This document shows positions 52,404 to 61,136 of a stretch of DNA of 64,000 nucleotides, piece by piece; the stretch's first letter is position 1, and each line of letters opens with the position of its first letter. The notes under the pieces are model-generated. The model was not told the origin of the DNA. It saw nothing but the letters and a program-made list of their open reading frames with translations, and did no database searches. Position numbers and translations under genes: made by a program. The stretch comes from Longimicrobiales bacterium (lineage in GTDB: Bacteria; Gemmatimonadota; Gemmatimonadetes; Longimicrobiales; Gaopeijiaceae). The stretch lies in NCBI GenBank assembly GCA_965249725.1, contig OZ252251.1:320001-384000 (forward strand), read 5' to 3'.

Positions 52404-52460
52404 CCACCGGTCCGCGCCACCGGTGAAGCGCCGCCGGTGGAGCGCCGCCGTGTGCGCCGT
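52404..52460. repeat. Degenerate ~14-bp tandem repeat GCGCCRCCGGTGRA
   Basis: ccaccggtcc gcgccaccggtgaa gcgccgccggtgga gcgccgccgtgt gcgccgt. Confidence 0.6.
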
Positions 52461-52505
52461 AGGAATCTCATTGCGCCTCAGCGCATGTGGGTCTACGGTT
52501 GCTTC

Positions 52506-53015
52506 GTGAACGACGACGTCATCGATCTTACCAAGTATCTGGGCCGAACCGGGCCCGAGGCGGCGCAGGAAGGCGCTCGCGGCAACTTCTCCGTCTGGGG
52601 TGGTGACGGAGAGCGATCGCGGTTCGCCCTACCAATATGGCGGTCGATCTATCTGGTCGGTGGCGGCCGGGGCGGTTTGGTCTCGGTGGCCCAACAGGGT
52701 GATTCCGAGCCGGAACCGCTCTTCGTGCTGGATCTGGGGGCCGAGCCCGCCCGCACCGAGTTCACGCTTCCCATGGTCGAGGCCGATATCGGTGGTGATG
52801 CGCCCGCGCTCCTGGAAGAGGGGGATACGGTGGCCGTGTTCTTAGGGGAGCGGAAGGGGCGGAATTGGTTCTTGGTTCTCGACGATCGAGGCGAGGGCCA
52901 CGAAGCCGCGGCGGCCGGAACCAGAGAAGATCTGCTGTTTCTTGCGGGAGAATGTGCCGGCCTGCTCTTCTTCCGCGAGCTTGCGGAGGCTGGGGAAGAG
53001 CTGGATCTGGACTAG
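52506..53015 (+). CDS. Hypothetical protein
   Basis: Acidic globular-like ORF; GTG start 6 nt after TTGCGC-N17-TACGGT. Confidence 0.7.
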   Translation: MNDDVIDLTKYLGRTGPEAAQEGARGNFSVWGGDGERSRFALPIWRSIYLVGGGRGGLVSVAQQGDSEPEPLFVLDLGAEPARTEFTLPMVEADIGGDAPALLEEGDTVAVFLGERKGRNWFLVLDDRGEGHEAAAAGTREDLLFLAGECAGLLFFRELAEAGEELDLD

Positions 53016-53039
53016 AGGCTTGCCGAGGCCCCGGGGCAT

Positions 53040-53708
53040 CTATCCGTCGTCGTCCTCGCCCATCGCCCGCTTCAGGGCGTCCAATCGAGCGTCGACATCC
53101 ATCGGAGGTGGTGGAGGAGGCGATCTGAACTCGTCGAGTGGGTCGTCGTCCATCGCCTCGTTCACCTCTATCTGAGCCTCTCGCCGGGCGTCGTCGTCTT
53201 CTAAATCACCCGCGATGCGGTCCAATTCGGCGAACAGATCCTCGGCCCCGTCGATCGAGTTGCGAGCAGTGGCGCGCCCTGCGGTCGCGGTCAACGTGTC
53301 ACGGTTCTTCTCGGCGTCCTTGATCGTCGCGATCATATCCTTGAACTCGGCCCGGCGCATATCGAGCTCTTCCTTGAGGACGATGGCTTTTTGCTCGAGG
53401 ACTTCCCGACGGTGCTCGTGTTTCTCGGCGTACTCTCGAGCGACTCGGGCGGTCTCTTCGTCACCGATGTCGGAGGCCATCTTCTCGCGACGACGACACG
53501 TCTCTCCCTCACGCTTTTCCTTGTCGGTCGCTTCTATGGCCTTCTTGATGGCCGCTTCCAGCCGCTGGGTCTCGGCTTGGGTGTCGGCGGCCTCGCGCTT
53601 CATCGCCCGGAGCAGATTATCCACGGCTTCCGGGACGTCATCGCGGTCCAGCTCTTCCTTGAAGTTGTCCACGGCTTCTCGGAAGGCTCGGCGTAGGTTG
53701 TCGAACAT
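53040..53708 (-). CDS. PspA/IM30 family coiled-coil protein
   Basis: All-helical coiled coil; GDEETARVA; VDARLDALKRAM C-terminus. Confidence 0.75.
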   Translation of the reverse strand: MFDNLRRAFREAVDNFKEELDRDDVPEAVDNLLRAMKREAADTQAETQRLEAAIKKAIEATDKEKREGETCRRREKMASDIGDEETARVAREYAEKHEHRREVLEQKAIVLKEELDMRRAEFKDMIATIKDAEKNRDTLTATAGRATARNSIDGAEDLFAELDRIAGDLEDDDARREAQIEVNEAMDDDPLDEFRSPPPPPPMDVDARLDALKRAMGEDDDG

Positions 53709-53732
53709 AGTCCTAATTGTGGAGCATTGGAC

Positions 53733-54365
53733 TTAGTTCAGGAAGGGCTCTATCCGCTGGGCGAATGAGTTCCTGGCGCGATGCAGCCGGCTCTTCACAG
53801 TACCGAGATTGACGCCGGTGATCTCGGCGATTTCCTCATAGCTCTTTCCATCGAGCTCACGGAGTCTGAAGACCAGCCGGTGGTGTTCCGGCAGCTCCTC
53901 GACGGTGTCCTCGACGAGGCGTCTCAGATACCGCTTCCTGTAGAGATCGTCCGGCCTCATCCGGAAATCCTCGAACTGCAGGGGCCGATGGTCGTCGTCC
54001 CAGTTGCCGGTGAGCCGCTGAAAGAGAATGAGGGGGCTCCGTGACCGGTTGCGAAGCTCGTTCTTGGAGAGGTTGCTCGCGATGGTGTAGACCCACGTGG
54101 AGAACTTCTTCGTCGTGTCGAACCGGTGGAGGTGTCGAGTCACTCGAATGAAGGCCTCCTGGACGAGATCCTGGGCCCTGTCGCTGTCTCCGGTCTTACG
54201 CGTGACGAAGTGTACCAAGCGGTCGTGATAGCGTTCGTAGAGGTTCTCGAAGGCACCCTTCCGACCCTGCAAGTGAGCCGTGACGAGGTCCTCGTCACTG
54301 AGCTGCGTGAGGGGCTCCTCGGAAAGGTAGGTCACGAATTGCTCGGTCATATTCGGCTTTACCAT
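53733..54365 (-). CDS. ECF sigma factor (RpoE-like)
   Basis: AQDLVQEAFIR, FSTWVYTIASN, SYEEIAEI..NLGTVKSRLHRAR. Confidence 0.95.
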   Translation of the reverse strand: MVKPNMTEQFVTYLSEEPLTQLSDEDLVTAHLQGRKGAFENLYERYHDRLVHFVTRKTGDSDRAQDLVQEAFIRVTRHLHRFDTTKKFSTWVYTIASNLSKNELRNRSRSPLILFQRLTGNWDDDHRPLQFEDFRMRPDDLYRKRYLRRLVEDTVEELPEHHRLVFRLRELDGKSYEEIAEITGVNLGTVKSRLHRARNSFAQRIEPFLN

Positions 54366-54431
54366 GCGCTATTCCAGTGAGGTACGGCCGTCGGTGAGGA
54401 TCTTCGGCGTCGACCTGGTGGGGCCGTTACC

Positions 54432-54450
54432 AATAATGATTCTCACTTTC
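54432..54450. promoter_or_regulatory. Fur-family box
   Basis: AATAATGATTCTCACTTTC matches GATAATGATAATCATTATC at 14/19 positions. Confidence 0.65.
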
Positions 54451-54457
54451 AGATTGA

Positions 54458-54486
54458 AATATGCTCCGTCGGGTACTCGCCTACAA
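54458..54486 (-). promoter_or_regulatory. Probable promoter of the ECF sigma gene
   Basis: TTGTAG-N17-CATATT on the minus strand. Confidence 0.45.
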
Positions 54487-54496
54487 GGGCCAAACC

Positions 54497-55615
54497 TCAA
54501 ACCGGCCGGCGGTCCAGTCCCGATAGCCGCGCCCCGTCCGAAAAGCCCGTATACAGGGCTTGTTCCGGCTCGGGGAGGTCTTCTCGCGACCGCAGAGCCT
54601 CCTCGGCCGCTGCGTCTACCAGGGTCCCAGCTTCTTCCTCGATAGAGTTCAGCTGCTCCTCCGAGATGCCCTTGCTCTTCAGGAACTCCTCGAAGAGGCC
54701 AACAGGATCCCGGCGTCCCCAGGCCTCGAACATCTCCGAGGGGAACGTCGCGCGGGCCTCACCCTCGTCGTGGGTCGCGTGTCCACCCATGCGGAACGTC
54801 TCGGCCAAGACGATGGCCGGACCCTCACCTTGTCTGCACCGGCGAACCGCCAGGGTCGTGGCCGCGAACACGTCGAGCAGGTTGTTGCCGTCCGCGGTCC
54901 AGGACGGGATGCCGTACATGTCGGGCCACCGCTTCAAGTCCCCAGCGCCGTGCTCGTCGAGTCGGGTGCCGAGCGCGACCTGGTTGTTCTGGATTACGAA
55001 CACCGCCGGGACATCCTGTACGGCAGCGAAGCCCAGGCCCTCGTGGCACGCCGCGGTTCGGGTCGCCCCATCGCCCACCCACGTCATGGCGACACGGTCT
55101 TGGCCACGTTGCTTGAACGAAAGTGCCACCCCGGCCATGACCGTCACGCTCGTGCCCATGTGGCTGATGGGTTGTATGACCCCGACCGACAGGTCGCCGG
55201 CATGGAGGTCGCGCCCGCCACTCGGGGAGTCTGCTGTGGCCAGGTAGGCTCGGAAGAGGTCGGCCATGGGCATGCCCATCATGTGGCAGGCCCCGGCGTT
55301 CCGGATCATGGGACACACTACGTCCCGCTCCGGATCGAGCGCCGAAACGGTCCCCACCGTTACCGCCTCTTCACCTGTGCCCAACCAAGCCTTGGAGAGC
55401 ACGCCCTGTCGCACCCATCTCTTGAGTCCGATGTCGTGAAGGCGGGTCAGCAGGAGGTCACGGTATAGGGAGCGAAGCCGGCCGTCGTCGAGTTCGGTGA
55501 CGATCGCCGCTCGATCCTCGTCGTCCAGCACTGTGCGCTCGTACGCCTCTACGTCACCTGGCTCCGGAGTCCAATCCAGGTACTCTGGCGGGTCGTAGGT
55601 GGCGTACCGCTTCAT
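54497..55615 (-). CDS. TPP-dependent 2-oxoacid dehydrogenase E1 alpha subunit
   Basis: GTGEEA, GDGA...QNN TPP motif, DGNN, FRMGGH, RDPV. Confidence 0.9.
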   Translation of the reverse strand: MKRYATYDPPEYLDWTPEPGDVEAYERTVLDDEDRAAIVTELDDGRLRSLYRDLLLTRLHDIGLKRWVRQGVLSKAWLGTGEEAVTVGTVSALDPERDVVCPMIRNAGACHMMGMPMADLFRAYLATADSPSGGRDLHAGDLSVGVIQPISHMGTSVTVMAGVALSFKQRGQDRVAMTWVGDGATRTAACHEGLGFAAVQDVPAVFVIQNNQVALGTRLDEHGAGDLKRWPDMYGIPSWTADGNNLLDVFAATTLAVRRCRQGEGPAIVLAETFRMGGHATHDEGEARATFPSEMFEAWGRRDPVGLFEEFLKSKGISEEQLNSIEEEAGTLVDAAAEEALRSREDLPEPEQALYTGFSDGARLSGLDRRPV

Positions 55616-55928
55616 CCGCGCAAGCTAGACGGATCCAGGGGACGGAACAAACAGGAACGACAAAGGGCGAATGAAGGAACGGTCGTCGCGGCTCGAAGCC
55701 AGCCCCCCCAGGGTGGCCGCACGATTCCCGTCACACTTCACCCGCCCCAATAGGCGATGCAATGCCATATCGTCGTTGGTCGTAACGCTATATACGGCTC
55801 CCGCCCGGACATGTCACTCTCATATCGGTACGGACCGCACATTGGCCCCGAGCGGGGTGCGTTGCCGGGTGGCAGATGCTCCGCGAGATTAGCCGCAGCA
55901 ACCGCCCCCGAGGCCGCACTCTCATGAG

Positions 55929-56621
55929 GTGGACACCACTCCTCGAACACCGACGGCTACGAAAACCACCGCGATGGACCACAGCCCAACACCTGCTACC
56001 GACAACGGACGCCCGCGCGTCTCGGCTGTGGTCGCCCTTACCTTGCTCGAGGTTATTCAAACGCACGATCGACCCTCCGAGGTATTCGAGGAGGAGGACA
56101 CCTCGATCACGATGCCCCGTAGGCTGGGGCTGAGCGATGTCGTGGAGCGCCAGATCCGCAACTATCAGGAAGAGGTGAAGCGAGGGCGGAAGATCTCGGA
56201 CGGTGAATTCAACAACCTGGTGGGCCTGGTCATCAAGAGACCCGACTCCGAGGAAGTGTTGTTCGAGTGCGGGAGGCGGCTCGCGAACAAGTCGAACGAT
56301 CGTCGCTCTCGGTTCATGCCTCGCGGGCTGGCGGTGGCATTGGCGCGTCGGCGCGTACGTCGCCGACTCAAGGCCCTTTTCGGAAGACGGATCGGGGGTT
56401 TTGCCGGGGGTGGCTTTACGATGGAGGGACGGGCGCTACTCTTTATGCAGAGCGATCCGGGTGGTGATGCGTGTGCCATCGTGTCGGGTCTGTGCTCAGC
56501 GGTGCTCGATGCGACCATTAACGGGGCTCCCGCTGTGGATCATCTGGCTTGTGAGGCGCGCGGCGACGCGTTTTGTCGGTGGGGGATTCCGGGAGGGATC
56601 GAGCAGATTCCTCATCGTTGA
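55929..56621 (+). CDS. V4R-domain-like protein
   Basis: C-terminal ACAIVSG...HLACEARGDAFCRW three-Cys V4R pattern; start 55929 or 55974. Confidence 0.7.
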   Translation: MDTTPRTPTATKTTAMDHSPTPATDNGRPRVSAVVALTLLEVIQTHDRPSEVFEEEDTSITMPRRLGLSDVVERQIRNYQEEVKRGRKISDGEFNNLVGLVIKRPDSEEVLFECGRRLANKSNDRRSRFMPRGLAVALARRRVRRRLKALFGRRIGGFAGGGFTMEGRALLFMQSDPGGDACAIVSGLCSAVLDATINGAPAVDHLACEARGDAFCRWGIPGGIEQIPHR

Positions 56622-56692
56622 GTGATTTGCTGCGTTAGGTTCTCGATACATCACGGGGCTCCCGCGAGCGGTGGGCCCGATTGCGGAGGGAT

Positions 56693-57442
56693 ATGGAAGC
56701 GTTGTCGACGGTAACGGTAGTCGCTGCCTTTGTGGCGGCTCTAGTGGGCTTCTTCGTCGGAAGGAGCTCGAGTCGCGCCAAGGGAGGCACCTTTGGCGGC
56801 GGATCCGGATCCGGCTCCTCCGCACGGGGGGGCAGCGGTCCCGACGAGGCGTTCAACCTCGCCCTCTCCCGCATCGGCGGTTATCTGCGGGAGAACGTGG
56901 ATGCTCCGTTGGCGGCGGCCTTCAAGGACCGGAGACTCTCGCTCAGAAAGGCCGCCGAGCAGGCCGTCGCGGCCGTGGACGACCTCCACTTCTACCTCGA
57001 GGATCCGTCGGGCGAAACCGATGAGGACGACCTTCTGCGGCTCGCCAAGGAGGCCGTTACCGACTTCGAGGCCGATTGGGACCTGTCGGTACGGGTCTCG
57101 GCCAAGGGGCCGGTTCAGGTCCATGTGAACGCCGACGCCCTGCTCGACGCGCTCTACCTGATACTCCACAACGCCGCGGTGTTCGGTGAGGGCAAGGGAG
57201 TGGTCGTTACGGTGTCCAGCGATGTGGAGTGGGGTCGGGTGTTGGTGCAGGACGACGGACCCGGCTTCACGGCCGAGGCTCTCTCGAGAGCGTACGACCC
57301 CTTCTACACCACGAGCGAAGACGGACTGGGGTTGGGCCTGTCGCACGCGCGACGCGTTGTGGAGCTGCAGGCTGGTCGAATCCACCTACGGAACCGCACC
57401 GACGGAGGTGCGGAGGTCGAGATCGCCCTACCGCTGGCCTAG
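56693..57442 (+). CDS. Membrane-anchored histidine-kinase-like ATPase without an H-box histidine
   Basis: One N-terminal TM; N box ILHNA, G1 DDGPG, F box DPFYTT, G2 GLGLGLS; GGAGG RBS. Confidence 0.8.
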   Translation: MEALSTVTVVAAFVAALVGFFVGRSSSRAKGGTFGGGSGSGSSARGGSGPDEAFNLALSRIGGYLRENVDAPLAAAFKDRRLSLRKAAEQAVAAVDDLHFYLEDPSGETDEDDLLRLAKEAVTDFEADWDLSVRVSAKGPVQVHVNADALLDALYLILHNAAVFGEGKGVVVTVSSDVEWGRVLVQDDGPGFTAEALSRAYDPFYTTSEDGLGLGLSHARRVVELQAGRIHLRNRTDGGAEVEIALPLA

Positions 57443-58386
57443 CTGCCCGGGGTCGCGGCCTCGCTTCCGGCCTCGACTCCAATGGAGGCTGACGCGGCTC
57501 TCTGGGGAGCCCAGGTCATCACCGCCACGGCTACCGTGAAGGTCAGAATCGTAGCCGCCAGAAGCGTGTGCAGGGACACGGGGATGACGGCCAGCCGCAT
57601 GTACACCGAGAGGAACCCCAGCGCCACCTGAGCGACGACCAAGGCGCCGGCCGACAGCGCCAGTGTCCGGGCTACCGAGGGGCCCAGTTCCTTGACCGCC
57701 CGCACCGTGAGGATGGCGAGGGACACCAGGAGCAGGATCCCGACCACCCTGTGCCCGAAGTGGACGGCCACCGTCGCGGTCTGCAGGGGCGGAATCCACT
57801 GCCCTAGACACAGCGGAACGTCCGGGCAGACGAGACCGGCGTCCATGTGCCGCACCGCCGCGCCGAGAACCGATTGCAGGAAGGTGAGGACGGCTCCCGC
57901 TAGCGCCACGTTGCGAAGCCCTATCAGACCCGCCACCGGACCCTCCCCGGATGTCCACCTGGGTGAGGTCACTACCGCAAGGCCCGTCGAGAGCGCCAGG
58001 AAGAGAAACGCCAGAGCCAAGTGAGTGGTGGAGACGGCGTCGGGGAGCTGCATGAGGACCGTGAGCCCGCCGAAGACGCTTTGAACGATGAGGAGCGCGA
58101 TCCCCGCGATCGCCCACCGCCGGACCGCGGGCCGGTGCGCCTCTGGCTTCCATCCCATATAGGTCGCTGCGGCGAAGATCAGGACGAGGCCGCCGGCAAC
58201 CAGTCGATGCAAATGCTCCCAGAAGACACCGCCTGTCATCTCTGGAACCATGCTGCCGTAACACGTCGGCCAGTCCGGGCAAGCAAGGCTCGATTCTGTG
58301 GCGTGGACAACGCTCCCGAGGAAGAGGAGGCCCAGGGTCCAGACCGTCGTGATGTAGAAGCCTCTATGGTGATGCACGGTGTTCAT
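57439..58386 (-). CDS. ctaA: Heme A synthase (COX15/CtaA)
   Basis: LACPDWPTC, EHLHR, second Cys pair CPDVPLC, HFGHR; eight-TM layout. Confidence 0.9.
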   Translation of the reverse strand: MNTVHHHRGFYITTVWTLGLLFLGSVVHATESSLACPDWPTCYGSMVPEMTGGVFWEHLHRLVAGGLVLIFAAATYMGWKPEAHRPAVRRWAIAGIALLIVQSVFGGLTVLMQLPDAVSTTHLALAFLFLALSTGLAVVTSPRWTSGEGPVAGLIGLRNVALAGAVLTFLQSVLGAAVRHMDAGLVCPDVPLCLGQWIPPLQTATVAVHFGHRVVGILLLVSLAILTVRAVKELGPSVARTLALSAGALVVAQVALGFLSVYMRLAVIPVSLHTLLAATILTFTVAVAVMTWAPQRAASASIGVEAGSEAATPGS

Positions 58387-58518
58387 TCCGGATCCTCGTT
58401 CATATCATTGGCCGGGGTAGAGTCCCCAGCGTACTGGCCTGGAAATAGCCCCGAATCCCGACAACTTACCGGACCGTTCACGGATCCCATAGACGAGAGC
58501 CTCACAAATGCCGCCAAG

Positions 58519-59031
58519 GGAGCAGTCCAGGCGGTGGTCAACTTCTCCCAGAGCTACCTGATCGCTTCGGTCTCCGAGAGAGTCGTAGCGGATCTCAGAC
58601 GGGACCTCTTCAGCTCTCTCGTGCATCAACCCCCCGGCTTCTTCGCGTCCCGACGTGTCGGTGAGCTTACGTCGCGGCTCGCGTCGGATTCGGGGCTCAT
58701 CCAGGGTGTGCTGCGCTTCGGCGTCCCCGAGATCATCCGGCAGGGCATATTCCTGGTGGGCGCCTTGGTCCTCGTGACCATCACCCATCCACGGCTGACA
58801 CTCGTGACGCTCACGGCGATTCCCTTTGCCGCACTGGTGGGTTGGTTCTTCGATCGCAGGGTCCGACATCTGAGCACGCGCATTCAGGATCGTCTAGCCG
58901 ATGCCGTGTCGCGCGCCGAACAGGTCTTCACTCAGATCCGGACCGTTCAGAGCTTCACCCGTGAGGGGTACGAGGCACGGGCCTACGCGACCGAAGTGAA
59001 TCGCGCCCGTGACGAAGGCCTGGCGTTCTGA
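58519..59031 (+). pseudogene. Internal fragment of an ABC exporter transmembrane domain
   Basis: ERVVADLRRDLF, FF..RRVGELTSRL, IRTVQSFTRE; lacks the first TM, the last TMs and the ATPase domain. Confidence 0.75.
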
Positions 59032-59033
59032 GT

Positions 59034-60989
59034 CTAGGTCGTCGTAGCCGGTTCACCGACCGGCTCGGAGGCCACGGGCGGTGCAGGTGTGGACTCGGTA
59101 GCCGGCGAATCCGTTTCCGCGACCGGGATCCAATCCTCCCTCACGAGTCCTTCTTCCACCCACTCGAAGACTCCTTCCATCGCTTGTTGCGCCACCTTGT
59201 ACGTGGCGGAGTCATTGTTCGAGAAAAGGCGGCGGAAGCGGTCTTGGATGCGTGTCCTGGACTGCCTGCAGAAGAGATCGGCCAGCGCATAGGGCGACCG
59301 ATCCGACGGATTCGCGCGGACTAGGCTCTGGGCCCGGACCACGGTCGACACCATGACGAAGAGTTCGGCGCCGATCTCGACGATCCTGCCGAGAACCGCC
59401 TGCTTCTTTTCGAGGCCGGGGCCGAAGCGGATCATGGAATAGAAGATCGACCTCGCCAACTTGGCCGACGTTCTGTGCGCGTACCTCAAGTGGCCTGCCA
59501 GGGGACCGAACTCCCCGTAGCGAGGCCATCGGCCCCAGGTCAGCCAGCGGCTGGGATACCACCACGCGTAGTGAAGGCCCGCCCGGAACAAAGCGGCGAT
59601 GCGTTCTCGGACGGGCGCCTTCGGGTTGATCAGGTCGCCCGCAACGCTCAGGTGACTGTCCACGGCCTCGCGGGCGATGAAGAGCCGCATGATCTCGCTG
59701 GACCCTTCGAAAATGAGGTTGATCCGGCTATCCCTGAGCGCCCGCTCGATGGGATATGGATGTTCTCCTCGGGCGCGCAGTGAGTCCGCCTTCTCATATC
59801 CTCTTCCACCCCGGATCTGTACGGCGTCGTCGATGACTTCGTAGCTGACCTCGCTGTTCCACATCTTCGCGATAGCCGCCTCGAGACGAATGTCGAAGCT
59901 CTTCGCGTCGGCCATGCGTGCGGTGAGATCGACCACCGCGTCGAGGGCGAACGTGTTGGCGGCCATCGTGCCCAACTTCTGGGCGATGGCGTCGTGCTTG
60001 CCCACCGGGGCTCCCCACTGGAAGCGCTCGGCCGCCCAGGTCCGGCACGAAAGGAGGGCGCCTTTGGCTCCGACGGCGCAGAAGGCCGGAATGGACAGCC
60101 GCCCCGTGTTCAGCGTGATCAGAGCGAGCTTCAGCCCGCGACCCTCACCCCAGAGCAGGTTGTCCTTCGGGACCTTCACGTTGTTGAAGTGCAGGACGCC
60201 GTTCGACAGGCCGTTGAGGCCGAGAAAGGTGCAGAGGTGTCCTACCTCGACGCCTTCCCACCCCGTCTCCACGATGAACGCGGTGATCGGCTTACGTCCG
60301 CGCACTCCCTCGCGCGCGGGGGTCCGTGCCATCACCACGATGATGTCCGACCTCGGTCCGTTGGTGCACCAGAGCTTCTCGCCGTTCAGGATCCAGTGTT
60401 GGCCGTCTTCTGAGAGCTCCGCCGTCGTGGCCAGGTTGGCCGGGTCCGAACCCACGTCCAACTCCGTGAGCGCGAAGGCCGACAGCTCTCCCGCCGCGAG
60501 ACGGGGTAAGTACTTCTTCTTCTGCTCGTCTGTGCCGAAGTAGATGAGCGGCTGAGGCACCCCGATGGACTGATGGGCGGACAAAAAAGCCCCGGTCGAA
60601 GCACAGCGGCTGGCGACGATCGCGAGGGCCTTGTTGTAGTGATACTGAGAGAGTCCCAGCCCACCGTATTCTTCTGGAATCTTGATGCCGAAAGCGCCGA
60701 GCTCGGCGAGGCCGTCCAGGACCTCCTGGGGCACCCAGCTCTCCCGGTCGATGGCGTCACCGTCGATGTGGGCGATGGTGAACTCTTCGAGCGCCTTCAA
60801 GAACGGCGCGGCCTTGGCTTCGTCTTGCGGACTCGGGTCAGGAGGCGGATATACGACGCTCAGGTCGAGGGAACCGTCGAACAAGTCACGGGCAAAGCTC
60901 CGGTTCGCCCACTCCGTCTCTCGTGCGGATTCGGCGACCTGCCGGGCTTCTTCTTGGCTGGCCAGTTTCTTGTTGGGCTCCTGCGACAT
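59034..60989 (-). CDS. Acyl-CoA dehydrogenase (ACAD9/VLCAD-like long form)
   Basis: IPEEYGGLGL, HQSIG, AFALTE..GSD, LNGEKLWCTNG, QIRGGRGY, IFEGSSEIMR. Confidence 0.93.
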   Translation of the reverse strand: MSQEPNKKLASQEEARQVAESARETEWANRSFARDLFDGSLDLSVVYPPPDPSPQDEAKAAPFLKALEEFTIAHIDGDAIDRESWVPQEVLDGLAELGAFGIKIPEEYGGLGLSQYHYNKALAIVASRCASTGAFLSAHQSIGVPQPLIYFGTDEQKKKYLPRLAAGELSAFALTELDVGSDPANLATTAELSEDGQHWILNGEKLWCTNGPRSDIIVVMARTPAREGVRGRKPITAFIVETGWEGVEVGHLCTFLGLNGLSNGVLHFNNVKVPKDNLLWGEGRGLKLALITLNTGRLSIPAFCAVGAKGALLSCRTWAAERFQWGAPVGKHDAIAQKLGTMAANTFALDAVVDLTARMADAKSFDIRLEAAIAKMWNSEVSYEVIDDAVQIRGGRGYEKADSLRARGEHPYPIERALRDSRINLIFEGSSEIMRLFIAREAVDSHLSVAGDLINPKAPVRERIAALFRAGLHYAWWYPSRWLTWGRWPRYGEFGPLAGHLRYAHRTSAKLARSIFYSMIRFGPGLEKKQAVLGRIVEIGAELFVMVSTVVRAQSLVRANPSDRSPYALADLFCRQSRTRIQDRFRRLFSNNDSATYKVAQQAMEGVFEWVEEGLVREDWIPVAETDSPATESTPAPPVASEPVGEPATTT

Positions 60990-61136
60990 GACCGTTCTCC
61001 CATGGTTTCGGCTGGAGCGGGAACTCAGCTGCCGGTACAGATGCACCCTGAGAATCTAACTCTTGGCGTCCCGAGGCGTGTGCCCGTTGTATACCCTGAG
61101 GGGCCCCGTCGGGCTCCCCGGCGAGCTCCCCCGAGG

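Noticed and set aside
55651..55928. Possible sRNA in the long intergenic region, including GGAAC repeats near 55644-55680
   Set aside because: One GGAAC overlaps the E1 alpha -35 element; only short weak stems and no terminator
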